Shown here one piece after another: positions 62,817 through 64,000 of a stretch of 64,000 nucleotides of DNA. The stretch is from a bacterium. Its GTDB lineage: Bacteria; Patescibacteriota; Saccharimonadia; Saccharimonadales; SZUA-47. A program made the position numbers and the translations under genes. Every line of letters starts with the position of its first letter. The first letter of the stretch is position 1. The stretch covers positions 65,516 to 129,515 of the forward strand of contig JAUIBF010000003.1 in assembly GCA_030428125.1 (NCBI GenBank). Reading direction: 5' to 3'. The notes beneath the pieces are model-generated. The model made no database searches and was not told the DNA's origin. It worked only from the letters and a program-made list of their open reading frames with translations.

Positions 62817-63650
62817 ATGAATGACGAAGAAAAAGCAAAAGAATCTGCCGAAAACCTCAATAAGGAGCCTGAAAACAACATGCCGGAAGGTCTAGAGGTG
62901 TTTGAGCCAGGTGAAGCCACGGTAAGAAACATTAATCAGCAGGATGACCAGCAACAATTTGTAGCAAAAGATATTGGATTTTCGCAAAACACCGAGGAAA
63001 AAAAGAACGAACGCTATACAGGCCCTGTGACTCAAGCAAGCTATGACACTAGCGAGATGTCACAGAGTTTTAATTCCTCTAACACTGTGATCCATAAATC
63101 ACATGCTACACGCAATAAAAAACTCACCTTCATTATTCTTTTGCTAGTTATCGCCACTGTCGTTGGAATAGGGTATTTCCTGAGCACTACGGACACGGTG
63201 CCAAAGGCAAGTGAAAGCAATGTCGGCTCTAATGCTGATATAGTCGAAGAACAGCCAGAAGAACTAGATAATTCCCTGCAAGCACGAAAAGCCAGAGATT
63301 CAGAGCGCAAGACCGACATAAACACACTACATCAACAAGTAGAAGCATATTTTGCCGACAATGGTTTTTATCCATCGGATCTCAGCGAAGAGGTGCTAGT
63401 GTCTGTTGACCTAGATAGTCTCTTGGATCCAACCGAATTATATATTGATGTCTTGCCTCCACTAACACAGACGACCAAACCTGACTCATTATTTGCTGGT
63501 GGTGAGCTTGGCAGTCTAGAATCTCCACAATACTCATATCAAGCATACAATTGCACATCAACTGTCGAAGGCTCTCACTGCTTAGGTTATACACTTTCAG
63601 CCTGGCTGGAAACAGATCCAGAACCATACGAAAAGCAAAATATTAACTAA
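62817..63650 (+). CDS. membrane-anchored protein with a pilin-like ectodomain
   Basis: A central TM helix is followed by ARKARDSERKTDINTLHQQVEAYFADNGFYPS, which resembles the post-helix segment of type IV pilin / T2SS pseudopilin-like proteins. No prepilin cleavage motif is present. Confidence 0.5.
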   Translation: MNDEEKAKESAENLNKEPENNMPEGLEVFEPGEATVRNINQQDDQQQFVAKDIGFSQNTEEKKNERYTGPVTQASYDTSEMSQSFNSSNTVIHKSHATRNKKLTFIILLLVIATVVGIGYFLSTTDTVPKASESNVGSNADIVEEQPEELDNSLQARKARDSERKTDINTLHQQVEAYFADNGFYPSDLSEEVLVSVDLDSLLDPTELYIDVLPPLTQTTKPDSLFAGGELGSLESPQYSYQAYNCTSTVEGSHCLGYTLSAWLETDPEPYEKQNIN

Positions 63651-63661
63651 AACAACCCGAA

Positions 63662-64000
63662 CTAAATACTGGAAGCAATTCGTATAAGTTGATCGGTGGT
63701 CATGTCTGATTCACCTTCTATTTGGTACCAAATTCCATCGTCAATCCAAGTAGCATTTGAACTATCGTAAATATATAGAGTTCGGCCTCTGTCTAGATAG
63801 GTTTGGTATTGTTTATTCTCTGGCTCAATAAAGTTTGCTAGCAACGCATCACTGTTCCAGTTGCTGTTGCGCTGAACTAGCGAATATTCTCTGTCATCAG
63901 AATTGGCTTGATAATTTACTGCTACCTCGCCAGGGTGGTAATTAATTGGTCCCTTAAAGCTAAAGCCCGAAGGTGTATATCCAGGCATACGAGCATCGAA
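63662..64000 (-). CDS. C-terminal part of a DUF4367-like protein; 5' end lies outside the window
   Basis: The frame stays open to base 64000. The C-terminus ...WYQIEGESDMTTDQLIRIASSI resembles the DUF4367 ending. Confidence 0.45.
   Translation of the reverse strand, partial: FDARMPGYTPSGFSFKGPINYHPGEVAVNYQANSDDREYSLVQRNSNWNSDALLANFIEPENKQYQTYLDRGRTLYIYDSSNATWIDDGIWYQIEGESDMTTDQLIRIASSI

Noticed and set aside
1-64000. Alternative genetic code (UGA as a sense codon, as in some CPR lineages), mobile elements, a prophage and CRISPR arrays.
   Set aside because: Conserved genes end at TGA where homologues end (for example mraY), and no conserved gene needs read-through. I saw no transposase, integrase or phage structural motifs, no inverted-repeat-bounded element and no regularly spaced short repeats.

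Overview
This 64-kb window looks like chromosome from a small-genome, Patescibacteria/CPR-like (possibly Saccharibacteria-like) bacterium. That placement is an inference from gene content and was not checked against any database. The genetic code is standard, because TGA is used as a stop. I call about 62 protein genes on both strands and one tRNA-Glu(CUC). I saw no rRNA, CRISPR array, IS element or prophage. Recognisable housekeeping genes are xseA/xseB, recO, glyQS, rnhA, thrC, yvcK, a GH1 beta-glucosidase, topA, dprA, pth, der, a pseudouridine synthase, gltX, hpt and an FKBP isomerase. There is also an abbreviated division/cell-wall cluster: mraZ-rsmH-ftsL-ftsI-mraY-ftsW-murG-ftsQ. Signalling genes are frequent: two complete histidine-kinase/receiver pairs, one orphan receiver, and one degenerate pair with Glu at both phospho-sites. 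None of the receivers has an output domain. About a third of the coding capacity is unrecognisable, mostly acidic proteins arranged in tight operons at 26963-29209, 37103-39322, 57194-59122 and 59182-62066. A secreted-protein locus at 43891-48380 encodes FN3, FG-GAP, CBM-like and DUF1996 domains. The features least explained by ordinary annotation are six ORF-free, hairpin-dense gaps. These lie at 18164-18670 (inside the dcw cluster), 19550-19782, 26380-26962, 32624-33074 (which carries its own consensus promoter), 43574-43890 (which holds a 27-codon ORF behind a perfect Shine-Dalgarno) and 49390-49694 (next to the tRNA). A set of near-consensus TTGACA-N17/18-TATAAT promoters also sits 3-9 nt from start codons, which implies leaderless mRNAs. 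All family assignments come from motif recognition by eye. No HMM, BLAST or Rfam search could be run.
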